DNA of 64,000 nucleotides from Oculina patagonica (Eukaryota): NCBI RefSeq assembly GCF_052425735.1, contig NC_135760.1, positions 22,444,001 to 22,508,000 of the forward strand, read 5' to 3'. Shown piece by piece: positions 15,001 to 24,977 of this stretch (position 1 is its first letter; each line of letters starts with the position of its first letter). The notes under the pieces were generated by a model. It saw only the letters and a program-made list of their open reading frames with translations, ran no database searches and was not told where the DNA came from. The position numbers and the translations under genes were made by a program.

Positions 15001-18000
15001 TCTTCATCCAGCTCTGTCGTATTGAGGTCAGTAAATTGATTCCAAAACCAGCCAAACTTGCTCGAACCAGGAACGTTGCCGATGTTGACAAACATTTTAT
15101 TCCAAAGAGCGGTTGGATTTTTTCCACCAAGACTGCTTGAGATCATGAACTCCAGCAAATCAATCGCCTCTAAAACCCGGATCTGTCGTTTTGTTTCCTT
15201 GGCATCTTCCGCTGTGTACGCCATTTCCAAACCCTTCATCTGATGCAACATCTCTCCCACGATAAAATGGCGTAGCTTGTTTTCGCGGTCTCCCTCGGAC
15301 AACAGATTGTACCTTGGTATGAAAAAGCTCTGAATTGCCTCCCGTGTCACGCCTTGTAAAACGAGCTCTAAGGCTTGAATTATCTTCTGCGATCGAAGAT
15401 CCTTTTCCCAGAAATGGTCCGGCGTTGCGAACAGCTGAGACAAAAGGACAGTCTTGAACATGTACGATGGAACCAAGGACGGATCCAACCCCAGCCTGTC
15501 CGAGACGCCATCTCTGACGATTTTCAGGATCCGGTAGCATGCTTTAAAACCGTCAGGCGAAGAGGACAGAATCTCTTTTTCGGCCATGGAAAATGAGATA
15601 CGCCAGACATCAAATCCAGCGGGAACGACGTGAAATCCACTTTTCTGCATAATGACTTCTAATTCCTGTGGATGCTTTGCCAACTGAACAGGAATCTTGG
15701 ATGTAGGGTACTCCAAAGTAAGGGTCAAGTCGACGCTTATACTTAAATTGCTGTAACTCTCTCCTCCCTGCCAATCAATGTAAAGCGTTGTAGCCGGGCC
15801 GTGCGTTTCTGAGTACATCACGCCAGATGGATTTTCTTGGCCACTGCTGTTTCCAAGCAGGTCTGAAAACACAGGCCCCCATGACCCATCTAGCAATTCT
15901 TGACTAGCTCGTTGGATGCGGAGACCTTCAGGCACTTCAACATCACTTAGCGATTCATTGACAAGCTTCTTAAAATGGCGACAAAGCAGATTTGGACTGA
16001 AGAGGCCTTGTTCATCATTAAATTCCATCCAACCGTGCTCATTCAGGGTGAGCTTGGCGTAGCCTTCACCTTTGTCGCAGGGATGGAATAAAGGTTTGTC
16101 CATGAGCGAGTCAATTCTGATCATAAAGTCGAACTCATCTGGCTGGCGAACTTTCACTCCTTCGTAGACACTTCCGCTATGAATCAGCGTGCTCTGAAAT
16201 CGCTTGTCTTTCTTCTCTACTTGTGCCAGAATGTTGCTTACGAGTCGTTCGAGTTTATCTCGAATTAGATCTGCTTCTTTTTCGTCGTCAAACTTTGCTT
16301 TCCTCTCGAAATGATCGACGATTTCAGACATTATGCGTTATCACTTTCAATTCCACCTTCTTTGTCGTGAACTGCTAACCAAGCACTTTCACTTTAGTAG
16401 TGGTTTTAGGTTACTGGTCTTGCGTATAATTCACGCAATGTCTGGCTTTCGTAGAATGAGGGAAATTCAAAACATCCTTTGTTTCTTAGAAGATATGTTA
16501 AACATCAGCTGTTGTTTTGATCTGATAGCATAATTCCTTCTGCGGTGCTGTAAAAACGGTTTTAAAGGGGGGTGTTCTTTGAGGGAACTAGCTAACTGAA
16601 ACAATCTGAACGTGAACTAAACAAGAAAATTGAAAATATTCCAAAACTTCAAATGGCTGACCTCTAGACGGGACCCTTGTAAATATATACCAAGCGAGTC
16701 TCGTCACGCTATATTACTGAAATATTCAAAGGCTATCACATCACACATACCGCGAAGCGCGCGAGTGACGTCACGACTCAGACAAGACTAATGAAACAAA
16801 CCGAAATGGCGGACGATTATCCCAAAACGCTTTTAATAATTGTTTTCAAACAAAATTCTTTTTGAGCACTTAAAACAGTCAAGGCAACAAGGGCCTGCTG
16901 AGCACGAGGATTATAACTTGCCTAGATTATCTTGTCTTGTTTTACACCAGACTGGCAACACACCCATGCCATCTTTGCTTCGGATAGCTCCGAGTCCAAA
17001 CGTTTTAAGTTGGAGAAGAAAATTTCCTTTTCTTGAAATTTTCTATCGTAAACTGGGTCTAAACTAGCCTGAGCTCCCGCACCAACTAATTTTTGGGGAT
17101 ACTTCATCTTTCTTAATGTTGCTTAGCAACTACAAAGACAAAAACCGCGGGCTCATTGACTCCAACAGTTCTCGGAGACCGGAAGTCCTCATCAACTAGT
17201 ACTTGTTCCCACGCAACTGTTTTTGTCCATCGTCCCATACAGTTGTGTCCGTCTGAAGAAGGAATTTTACTAAGAAACTGTTGCTTTTTCTGCCATGTTA
17301 AAAACGGAAGAAGACCGAAGGTTCTCGGTCAAAACGTCTTGAAAAAATACATTAGGAGCGTTGTTTTACGTTCACTAAGTTAGCGTCAGAATTTTAAAAG
17401 AGTATTTATTTAATCTGTTTCTTATTGACAACAAAATATACTTCAACTCAGTTGTTACAAATTTAGTCTAAGTTTTATTGGCTTATTTTTGCCCTTCTTT
17501 CTCTGAAAGACATTTAGTTTTTTTTTTTTTTTTTGGGGGGGGGGGGGGGATTTTTTTTTTTTTTGGGGTTTTTTTTCCCGTCCCTCCTTGGTTGGAGCAC
17601 GGTGCGCGCTGAATTGTGGGACTACTGCACTCGCCACCTGTTTCCCGCTTTTCATCGCCAAAGTGCAACGGTGGCTTGTGAACTAAAATGTAATCACAGT
17701 TTAATCCAAATCTAGCTCTGGAATTGTGATGTAGGCAAGTTGACGTGTTAATACGCCTTTAGCGTGCAAAACATTGTGTGCAACATAACCAGCAAAAAAG
17801 GTCGTGAGGCAATTCTCGGGGATCAATAGCAGATACTGTTCGATGTGTTGTTTGAAGAGTGCAAGGCCTTTATCGCTTCCTTCCCTCGTGGTTACATCCG
17901 CAACGTCACGAAAGAAGCCAGTTGGGCTGAACTCGGGAGGAATTGCTTTGTGTAGATTTGCCCAGGATGAATTTTTCTCCTCGAGGTAACATTCAGCAAG

Positions 18001-21000
18001 ATCTTGAGACATCTCGATGGCCATTTGACGAGAGGGAATCTGTTTTACTTTACTCTCGGACAGGCCTTTGTGCTCAAGCTCGAATTTCTCTTTCTTCTCG
18101 CAGGTTCTAATGTAGAACTTCTGAGCCAACAAGTTCAGTTCTCCTTTAAGTATGGCGAATAACTGCTTGAAGAGATCTTCAACCCAGCTCCATATTTCGA
18201 TCAACTGTATGTAGGCGTCTTCGTCCAACTCTGTCGTATAGAGGTCAGTGAATTGATTCCAAAACCAGCCAAACTTGCGCGAACCAGGAACGTTGCCAGT
18301 GTTGACAAACATTTTATTCCAGAGAGCGGTCGGACTTTTTCCACCAATGCTGCTTGAGATCATGAACTCCAGCAAATCAACCGCCTCCAAAACCCTGATC
18401 TGTTTTTTCGTTTCTTTAGCGTCTTCCGCTGTGAAGGCCATTTCCAAACCCTCAATCTGGCGCAACATCTCTCCCACGATAATTTGGCGTAGCATGTTCT
18501 CGCGATCCCCTATGGAGAGCAGATTATATCTTGGCATGAAGAAGCCCTGAATTTCTTCCCGCACCAAGCCTTGCAAAACGAGCTCTAGGGTTTGAATTAT
18601 CGTCTGCGACCGAAGATCCTTTTCCCAAAAGTGGTCCGGCGTTGCGAGGAACTGAGACAAAAGGACGGTCTTGAAAATGTATGATGGAACCAAGGACGGA
18701 TCCAACCCCAGCCTGTCCGAGACGCCCTCTCTCACGATTTTCAGAACTCGGTAGCATGCTTTGAAACCGCCAGGCGAAGAGGACAATATCTCTTTTTCGG
18801 CCATGGAAAATGAGATGCGCCAGACATCAAATCCAGCGGGAACCACGTGAAATCCGCTCTTCTGGAGAATCAGATCTATTTCCTGTGGAAGATTGGCCAA
18901 CTGAACTGGGAGCTTGAATGTAGGGTACTCCAGAGTCAGGGTCAAGTCGACGCTAATACGCAAATTGCTGTAACTCTCTCCGCCTTGCCAATCAATGTAG
19001 AGCGTTGTAGCCGGGCCGTGCGTTTCTGAGTACATCACGCCAGATGGATTTTCTTGGCCACTGCTGTTTCCAAGTAGGTCTAAATACACAGGTCCCCATG
19101 AATTCGAATCATCAAGCAAATTTTGACTAGCCCGTTGGATGCGGAGACCTCCAGGCACTTCGACATCACTTAACGATTCATTGACAAGCTTCTTAAAATG
19201 GCGACGAAGCAGATTTGGACTGAAGAAGCCTTGTTCATCATTAAATTCCTTCCACCCGTGTTCATTCAGCGCGAGCTTGAAGTAGCCTTCACCTTTGTCA
19301 CAAGAATGGAATGATGGCTTGTCCATGAGCGAGTCAACTCTGATCATAAAGTCGAACTCATCTGGCTGGCCAACTTTCACTCCTTCGTAGACACTTCCGC
19401 TATGAATCAGCGTGCTCTGAAATCGCTCGTCTCTATTCTCCACTTGTGCCAAAATGTTGCTCACGAGTCGCTCGAGTTTCTCTCGAATTAGTTCTGCTTC
19501 ACTTTCGTCCTCGAACCTTGCTTTCCTCTCGAAATGATCGACAATTTCAGACATTTCAATGCAGTTATCTGTTTCAATTCCACTTTTTTTAGTTTCTTTG
19601 CCGTGAACTGCTAACGAAGCGCTTTCACTTTAGTTGTGGCTTTGGGTTTTTTGGACTTGCGTAGAATTTACTATCTCTGCCGGCCTTAGGGGAAATTTAT
19701 AACATCCTTTGTTTCTTAGACAAAATGTTAAACATCAGCTGTTGTTTTGGTTTGATAGCTTATTAATTCATTCTGCGGTGCTGTGAAAACATTTTCCCCT
19801 TTTTAAAGGGGTTTAAAGGGGGTGTTCTTCAAGGGAACTGGCTAAACAAGCAGAACTAAACAGAACAGATAATAAAAATATCCCAATACTTCAAATGGCT
19901 AAGCTCTAGACGGGAACCTTGTAATCATATGCCAATATTCTGAAGCGAGTGTTGTCACGCTTTATTAAATATTCAAAGACCATCAAGCTCTAATCGCTAC
20001 TAAGTTTTTAGCAAAACAAGATAGGCATAATTTAAACGAAATAGTCTTTTTTGTCAGTTTTCAGAACTACTGAAAACTTTTGAAACTTGCACAGTACTGC
20101 ATAATAATCTTTTCAGTGCATACATATCACAAATTTTCTAGTAAGGTGTCCTTGAAAATGGATAGAGGCCTTAGTTGTTGTAAGTTTTTGAACTTTTAAG
20201 TCAAACACGGGGCGCAGTGCTAGAGAAACCAAACGGAAGGCAGCGCTCGAAATAGAAAAAGGGAGAAAAAAAATGCGAAGACGACATTCTGAGAGAGCCT
20301 AGAGCAAGCTACTGGAAAAAAAAAACTAATGCAGAGTGAACAACAAATACAGAAAGAGAGAAAAAGACGGAGTCGTCATTCGCAGAGAGCCTGCTACAGA
20401 AGCTCATGAAAAATAAACAATATTTACTTACTGCAAAATTTGCACTCCTTCGGGCAGTATCTCGACATTATGTACTTGACCTTCTCGCAGTAACCAGACT
20501 TTGCCCATGATTTGCACATGCCACTTTTTGATTCCCGTTCAGCATCCTTACACACTACAATATAAAGTAAAAACAAACAATTTACATTAGCATAACCCAG
20601 TTCTGACCTCTGACAAAGTCGCAACTGATTGGCTACACAGGCACTTAATTTGTCGCCGACCGCGGAACATGTGCGCGGTTTTTGCGCATCATGGCCAAAA
20701 AGTTTTTAAACAAAACCGTCCACTGAATCAGTTTTATTCATAGAGCGGTTTTGAATTGAATGTCGTAAAACCAAAACCAAAGTAATCACTCTGGCCAATC
20801 ACAAAGGACAAATACATACGGCGAAAAGCGCGGAAAACGTGTGAAGCGTGCCACGATTGTTTTTTTTTTTTTTTTGCTACATGTGACTGAATTGCTTAAA
20901 AAAGAGGCGCCCGGAGTTTTTAAAGCCAATTACAGAGCGTGGTAATACAAAAACAAAGCAAATGTGAATCCTCAAGGCTATGCTAAAACAGATAGATGCC

Positions 21001-24000
21001 CGCTTTCGGTCATTCCATCGACTTTGAAAGCTGACTCAGCGATTTGCCCTCTGCCAACTTTCAGTCATTTCAGTAGATAGAATTTTCAAGCTCATAGTTT
21101 ACTTGCTAAAGATAAAATATGTCGCTCAATTTTGTCATCCAAACAGAAGTAAAAAACAAAACCAAACGCCACTCGCCTTGCACGCGGTTCCCCGGTTGCA
21201 TGTTTTTCCTTACAGTTCTTATCGGTTCAGTGTATTTTTTTAATACGCATTGTGATTGGGTGCCATCATTGCGACCACTTTCGTTCAGTTGGTTTTACAG
21301 CAGTTATTAGAAAACCAAAGTGATCACATCTGGCCAAACAAAACGCGCTCAAATATTGCAAAGAACCAATCAGAGGTCACAGTAAAACCTTCCAACCGGT
21401 GCAAAGCGCGAGCGCGGGAAATGTTTCGAGCAATCTCGTCGCCGGGGTGCTCTTCCCTTTTGAAGACCCCGTGGAAACGAGGTTGTGTCTTAAAAATCCA
21501 ATTCACGATAAGTTTGGGTTTTTACTCCTGATTTGCTGAGAAAACGACATGTTTGTTCTGGACTCCTGATCAATAACAAAGCTTAGCAAAGGAAACATGA
21601 AAGAAAGAAGAATTACCTGATCTATAAACAGGAAAAACTGATCAATAAACAGGTATTGTAAGGTTGTAATGTCGCAACCAAACACTACTACGGTTTTGGC
21701 AGTAGGTGTATTGCAATGTTTGCGTGGAAATACAATGTAAATTTTTTGGACTTTTTCAAAAGTGGCTCAAGCTAAATGACTATTAGTTGGAAAGACTACA
21801 TCTCCGTTCTGATTGGTTAGCCGTTCGTGCGGGGTTCAGAAAAGGAAAACCAAGGGAAAACCAAAGAATTTCATTCTCTGTAGACAGCAGAGAATTGTTC
21901 TCTGATTATCTTACAATAAGCTTTCGAGTCCTCGTATGCCGCGAATATTGAGAGCAGTAGAGGCTGCCTCATCCCCAGTTGCCGCGCGCTAAAATAAAAC
22001 GAAAAGAACCGCTAGCCCCAGGCGATTCCAAAGGAATCTGTAAAGCCGGAAGTTGAAACAAAGGAAGTCTCTAATTGTACCGGATTAATAAGCGGGTTTA
22101 ATAAAACCGCTTTAACCGCAGATAACGCAGTGAAGAGTTCATTTGGGAGCCTATTCAGAAAACGGTCAGTCAGTGGGACTCAATTCACCTTTTCACCTTG
22201 CGTCTTGAAAGCAAAACAAAAAGATATCTCCGTTTATTAAATATAACGTTTTCTAGAACAAATACAAGTCAATGCCGCAAAACCAAAGCAAATATGCCAA
22301 CACATTACTCATGCTAAGGAGCCCATTGGCAAGCTACGAAACCAGTAAAAGCTGTTTTCCAGCTGAAGACTTCATGGCTTCCCAGCCAACTAAGTTGCAA
22401 AAAAATCGCTTATTGCACCATATTTTCCGCGGAATAACATCGAAATTGTTTGTTGAGTTACGATGCCGCGTTTATTAGCTACCAAACAGTTTTGCTATTT
22501 TTATTTTTTAACGTTATTATATAAAGATAAAAAAATTTAAGGTTAGAGCTGTCATCTGAACCTCTATAGTTCTCGAAAAGGTGGCCTAACGTTCGAGAAG
22601 TAATCTTACTTGAAGCATCTTGAGTTAGTTTTTTTCAGCTGTTAGAGCAGTTTTCAATTGAGTGTCGTAAAACCAAAACCAAAGTAATTACTCTGGCCAA
22701 TCACAAAGGACACAGACAATCCAGTGAACCAATCAAAACTCGAAGCAAATACATGTAGCTGGCACGAAGCGCGGGAAAACGTGCGTGAGCGCGTCATGAT
22801 TGGTTTTGGTTTTAGTTCTAATTGGCTGAGAAAGTGACGCGAGATTTTTAAGCCAATCACCGGGCGTAGTAATGCAAAATCAAAGCAAACGCAATTTACT
22901 TTCGACACTCAAGTGAAAACCGCTCTATAGTACTTGACTTTGCATTGCGTTCCACAACAGTGCACGTTTTCAGTAGGCGGTGGTCGGGACATGTTAATTT
23001 AAGTGAGCGTGAAACTCCAACTTTCGAAATCGATCGGTAATCATTGTTTTACCGCCAAAACGCCCCTAGCAATGAACGAATGAAATCGCAGGAAAAGAGA
23101 ACAAGATCACTTTCCCTGTAAAAGGAAGAAAAAATGTTTTCAAAAGAACTAAATTTGCTGGAGGATTTGACTACAAGAAGTTTGATTTGTGAAAGAATCG
23201 AATCTTTGTAATTATATAGTAAATTTGTTTTTAATTGTCTTTGCGTGATTTGTTTGTAATATTTGAGACATTTTAGTTCATTACCGGATATTATTAATCA
23301 GATTTGACTTATCTACAGTCTCCAATGTTCTGCATGGCAGTATACTATGTTCAGACCGCACGTGAAAAAAATCTTTGGAATGAGAACACAAATTGAGCCT
23401 CGCAGTATATATAACATAGCTAACTACGAGCATAAGTAACTATGGGCCTGCAGTGTGCAATTCACCGCCATGATCATTTTTCCTGCGGTAAAACCTGCAT
23501 AATAGGTATGAGTACCAAACGTTGAAAAGCATTCAAGGACCTGTTTCCCTTTTATGTCAAATTCACGTGCTAAGAAACTTGTTTGAGCATTCCTTCGATG
23601 TTTTTTCAATGGACTGTTGACGAGTTTAAGAAGATTTATGGCTAATACTTATCGAGTTTTGTTCTCACGTTTTTGCGTGCTATAGAGAGAAAGGAACATT
23701 GTTACGAACTTTTTATCTCTGCACCCCTAACAGTGAGTCGATTAAATCGTGAGAATAATGCTGATGTGTTCAATCCATTTTGCGAATTAAGGTTTTAAAA
23801 ATACTCGCTTTTACGTTTGTTGCTTTGTAAGGACCCTGCAATGTCTCCATGAAATGCATCGGACGATTTATTTCTTGAATTGTTTTTAAATAGACTTATC
23901 ACAGTGTGACGACACTGATATGCTATTAGCACCAGAAGATAAAACCAATATCACACCTTTTCATAAAATCTAATCCTCTTCTCATTTGTCCTTTTCTGTG

Positions 24001-24977
24001 AGCTCTTGAGCAATTTGTGGAAATGAAGAGCGAGTAAATTAAAGGCTCACTCTAAACAACCCAGAAAGATTTCTACAAGGATCAGAAAACGGTCTAATTT
24101 AAGATTTCTTTTCCTTTTCATCTAGATTTTGTAATACTGGATGTCCACAGCTGTAAATATAAATCTCCAAGAGGTTGAGCACTGCATCGAAGTGACTTTA
24201 GAACTATCGAGACGTTTTGGTGCGGCATTTCCCTTTGATCTTTGAGTAGTACATGTTGGAAAGCACAGTTTGTAAGATCATTCGACAGATCAAGCTCAAA
24301 ATCCGGAAAATTACTAAATAACATTTAGAAAGGTAATTATACAGCGAAAATGTTAAGTGAAGATAATTGTTTGCTTTATAACGTATCGATGAGTAAATGA
24401 CCAAGGAATCTTTTCTTAGTCACTTGAAGTGTTCATGATACCTATATTAGCTGTAGCTGTATCAGCCACGAGATGCAGTCCCTGCACTTAGCACAAGTTT
24501 TTTTGTTTTATCTAACACATTAGTTATGCACCTACCTGGCATGTCTATTTGATAAAGCGGAAAATACGGCAAACGAAATTTCGAGATTCTCCTTCTTGAC
24601 TTTGTTTGTCGTTTAGACCTCCGAGGGGTCTCTCTCTCTGACTCCATCCAAGCGTGTAACAGCAACTGCCGCTGTAGTCTATCGATCTTTTTGTCAAGAG
24701 CTGCGAGCTCTGAAAAGCAGAGTAAATAGATTCGTTGTTCATAGATCTTTACACTACTTGCCCCAAAAAAGGATGTGGCGTATTTAACGGCAGGAAGTCT
24801 TTGGCACAAAGGCAGTGCAAAGGGAAGTGAATAAAATGGTACATTCGGTTCGAAAAATCGTGTGCGAGTGTATTTTATACAGTACTAATTAATCTTACCT
24901 TTATTCTTCCTTGCTCTTGTGAAAGCCAACAAAAAGGCTAAAAAAAGGCACAAAGCGATTTCTTTTAGCCCAACCAT
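9038..24977 (-). CDS. Secreted ShKT-domain precursor (signal peptide, propeptide, ShKT, papilin/lagrin-like Cys repeat, ShKT), about 209 aa, 6 exons
   Basis: Exons 24977-24899 (MVGLKEIALCLFLAFLLAFTRARKNK), 24709-24536 (propeptide with RSKR), 20554-20432 (CKDAERESKSGMCKSWAKSGYCEKVKYIMSRYCPKECKFC), 10747-10655 (CQSSKYGCCWNNYAARGQNLRGCP), 10140-10023 (CEDSYNRLCRLFEHYCSKPGRNGKFVRYHCFKTCGWC) and 9080-9038. All are GT-AG and phase-compatible, totalling 630 nt. Joining across the long introns is inferred. Confidence 0.8.
11068..11239. mobile_element. Tc1/mariner (pogo-like) MITE
   Basis: TA flanks; TIRs CAGTGGAACCTCGATTTAACGA / TCGTTAAATCGAGGTTCCACGG. Confidence 0.8.
12616..12783. mobile_element. 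hAT-like MITE in the 3' flank of cGLR copy B
   Basis: TIRs CAGTGGCGGATCCAG / CTGGATCCACCACTG; absent from the paralogous flank near 17455. Confidence 0.7.
13226..16331 (-). pseudogene. cGAS-like receptor (cGLR, Mab21 family) copy B, interrupted by a transposon; 615 aa when the insertion is removed
   Basis: ORF 14994-16331 carries GSVYEGVKVRQPDEFD and SVDLT. ORF 13226-13747 matches the C-terminus of copy A. Removing 13740-14994 plus one TAA restores ...DEEA-YRRLVEMW in frame, with no other lesions. Confidence 0.9.
13740..14994. mobile_element. Non-autonomous PIF/Harbinger-type DNA transposon, 1255 bp
   Basis: Perfect ~42-bp TIRs GGGACCATTCATTTTTTAGAAGGGGGGAGGGCCGGAGGAATC; TAA TSD at 13737-13739 and 14995-14997; no transposase ORF. 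Confidence 0.9.
16341..16491 (-). promoter_or_regulatory. Cluster of IRF-E, GAS and kB-like motifs upstream of cGLR copy B
   Basis: AAAGTGAAAGTG (minus, 16384-16395); TTCGTAGAA 16448-16456; TTCTTAGAA 16483-16491; GGGAAATTCA 16460-16469. Motif matches only. Confidence 0.45.
17701..19554 (-). CDS. cGAS-like receptor (cGLR; Mab21 nucleotidyltransferase) copy A, intact, single exon, 617 aa with a long C-terminal extension
   Basis: Catalytic motif SGSVYEGVKVGQPDEFDFM; third acidic residue in ISVDLT; family motifs HGPATTL, WRISFSMAEKEIL, PSYIFKT and FFMPRYNLL. Confidence 0.93.
   Translation of the reverse strand: MSEIVDHFERKARFEDESEAELIREKLERLVSNILAQVENRDERFQSTLIHSGSVYEGVKVGQPDEFDFMIRVDSLMDKPSFHSCDKGEGYFKLALNEHGWKEFNDEQGFFSPNLLRRHFKKLVNESLSDVEVPGGLRIQRASQNLLDDSNSWGPVYLDLLGNSSGQENPSGVMYSETHGPATTLYIDWQGGESYSNLRISVDLTLTLEYPTFKLPVQLANLPQEIDLILQKSGFHVVPAGFDVWRISFSMAEKEILSSSPGGFKACYRVLKIVREGVSDRLGLDPSLVPSYIFKTVLLSQFLATPDHFWEKDLRSQTIIQTLELVLQGLVREEIQGFFMPRYNLLSIGDRENMLRQIIVGEMLRQIEGLEMAFTAEDAKETKKQIRVLEAVDLLEFMISSSIGGKSPTALWNKMFVNTGNVPGSRKFGWFWNQFTDLYTTELDEDAYIQLIEIWSWVEDLFKQLFAILKGELNLLAQKFYIRTCEKKEKFELEHKGLSESKVKQIPSRQMAIEMSQDLAECYLEEKNSSWANLHKAIPPEFSPTGFFRDVADVTTREGSDKGLALFKQHIEQYLLLIPENCLTTFFAGYVAHNVLHAKGVLTRQLAYITIPELDLD
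19565..19725 (-). promoter_or_regulatory. Paralogous upstream motif cluster of cGLR copy A
   Basis: AAAGTGAAAGC (minus, 19621-19631); GGGGAAATTT 19689-19698; the GAS-like sites are degenerate here (TGCGTAGAA, TTCTTAGAC). Confidence 0.4.
22643..22927. mobile_element. MITE family member; related partial copies at about 20740-20965 and 49498-49755
   Basis: TIRs TAGAGCAGTTTTCAATTGAGTGTCG / CGACACTCAAGTGAAAACCGCTCTA; near-identical internal sequence recurs in the window. Confidence 0.85.

Larger units (their letters stand above)
12000..19985. repeat. Tandem segmental duplication: unit B about 12000-16740, unit A about 16830-19985
   Basis: 3' flanks align (12001 TTTTAAAATAATTGTTTTC vs 16831 TTTTAATAATTGTTTTC), as do the CDSs and about 400 bp of upstream sequence (16332-16740 vs 19555-19985). 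Confidence 0.9.

Noticed and set aside
15058-19029. Alternative-frame and antisense ORFs within the cGLR genes
   Set aside because: Shadows of the real coding frame.
13226-19554. Bacterial CBASS / CD-NTase operon or contamination
   Set aside because: The motifs are those of metazoan Mab21/cGLR proteins, no Cap effector genes are adjacent, and the genes sit among spliceosomal exons and animal transposons.
22654-22908. 84-aa ORF, and similar ORFs at 49509-49797
   Set aside because: They lie entirely within a multicopy MITE.
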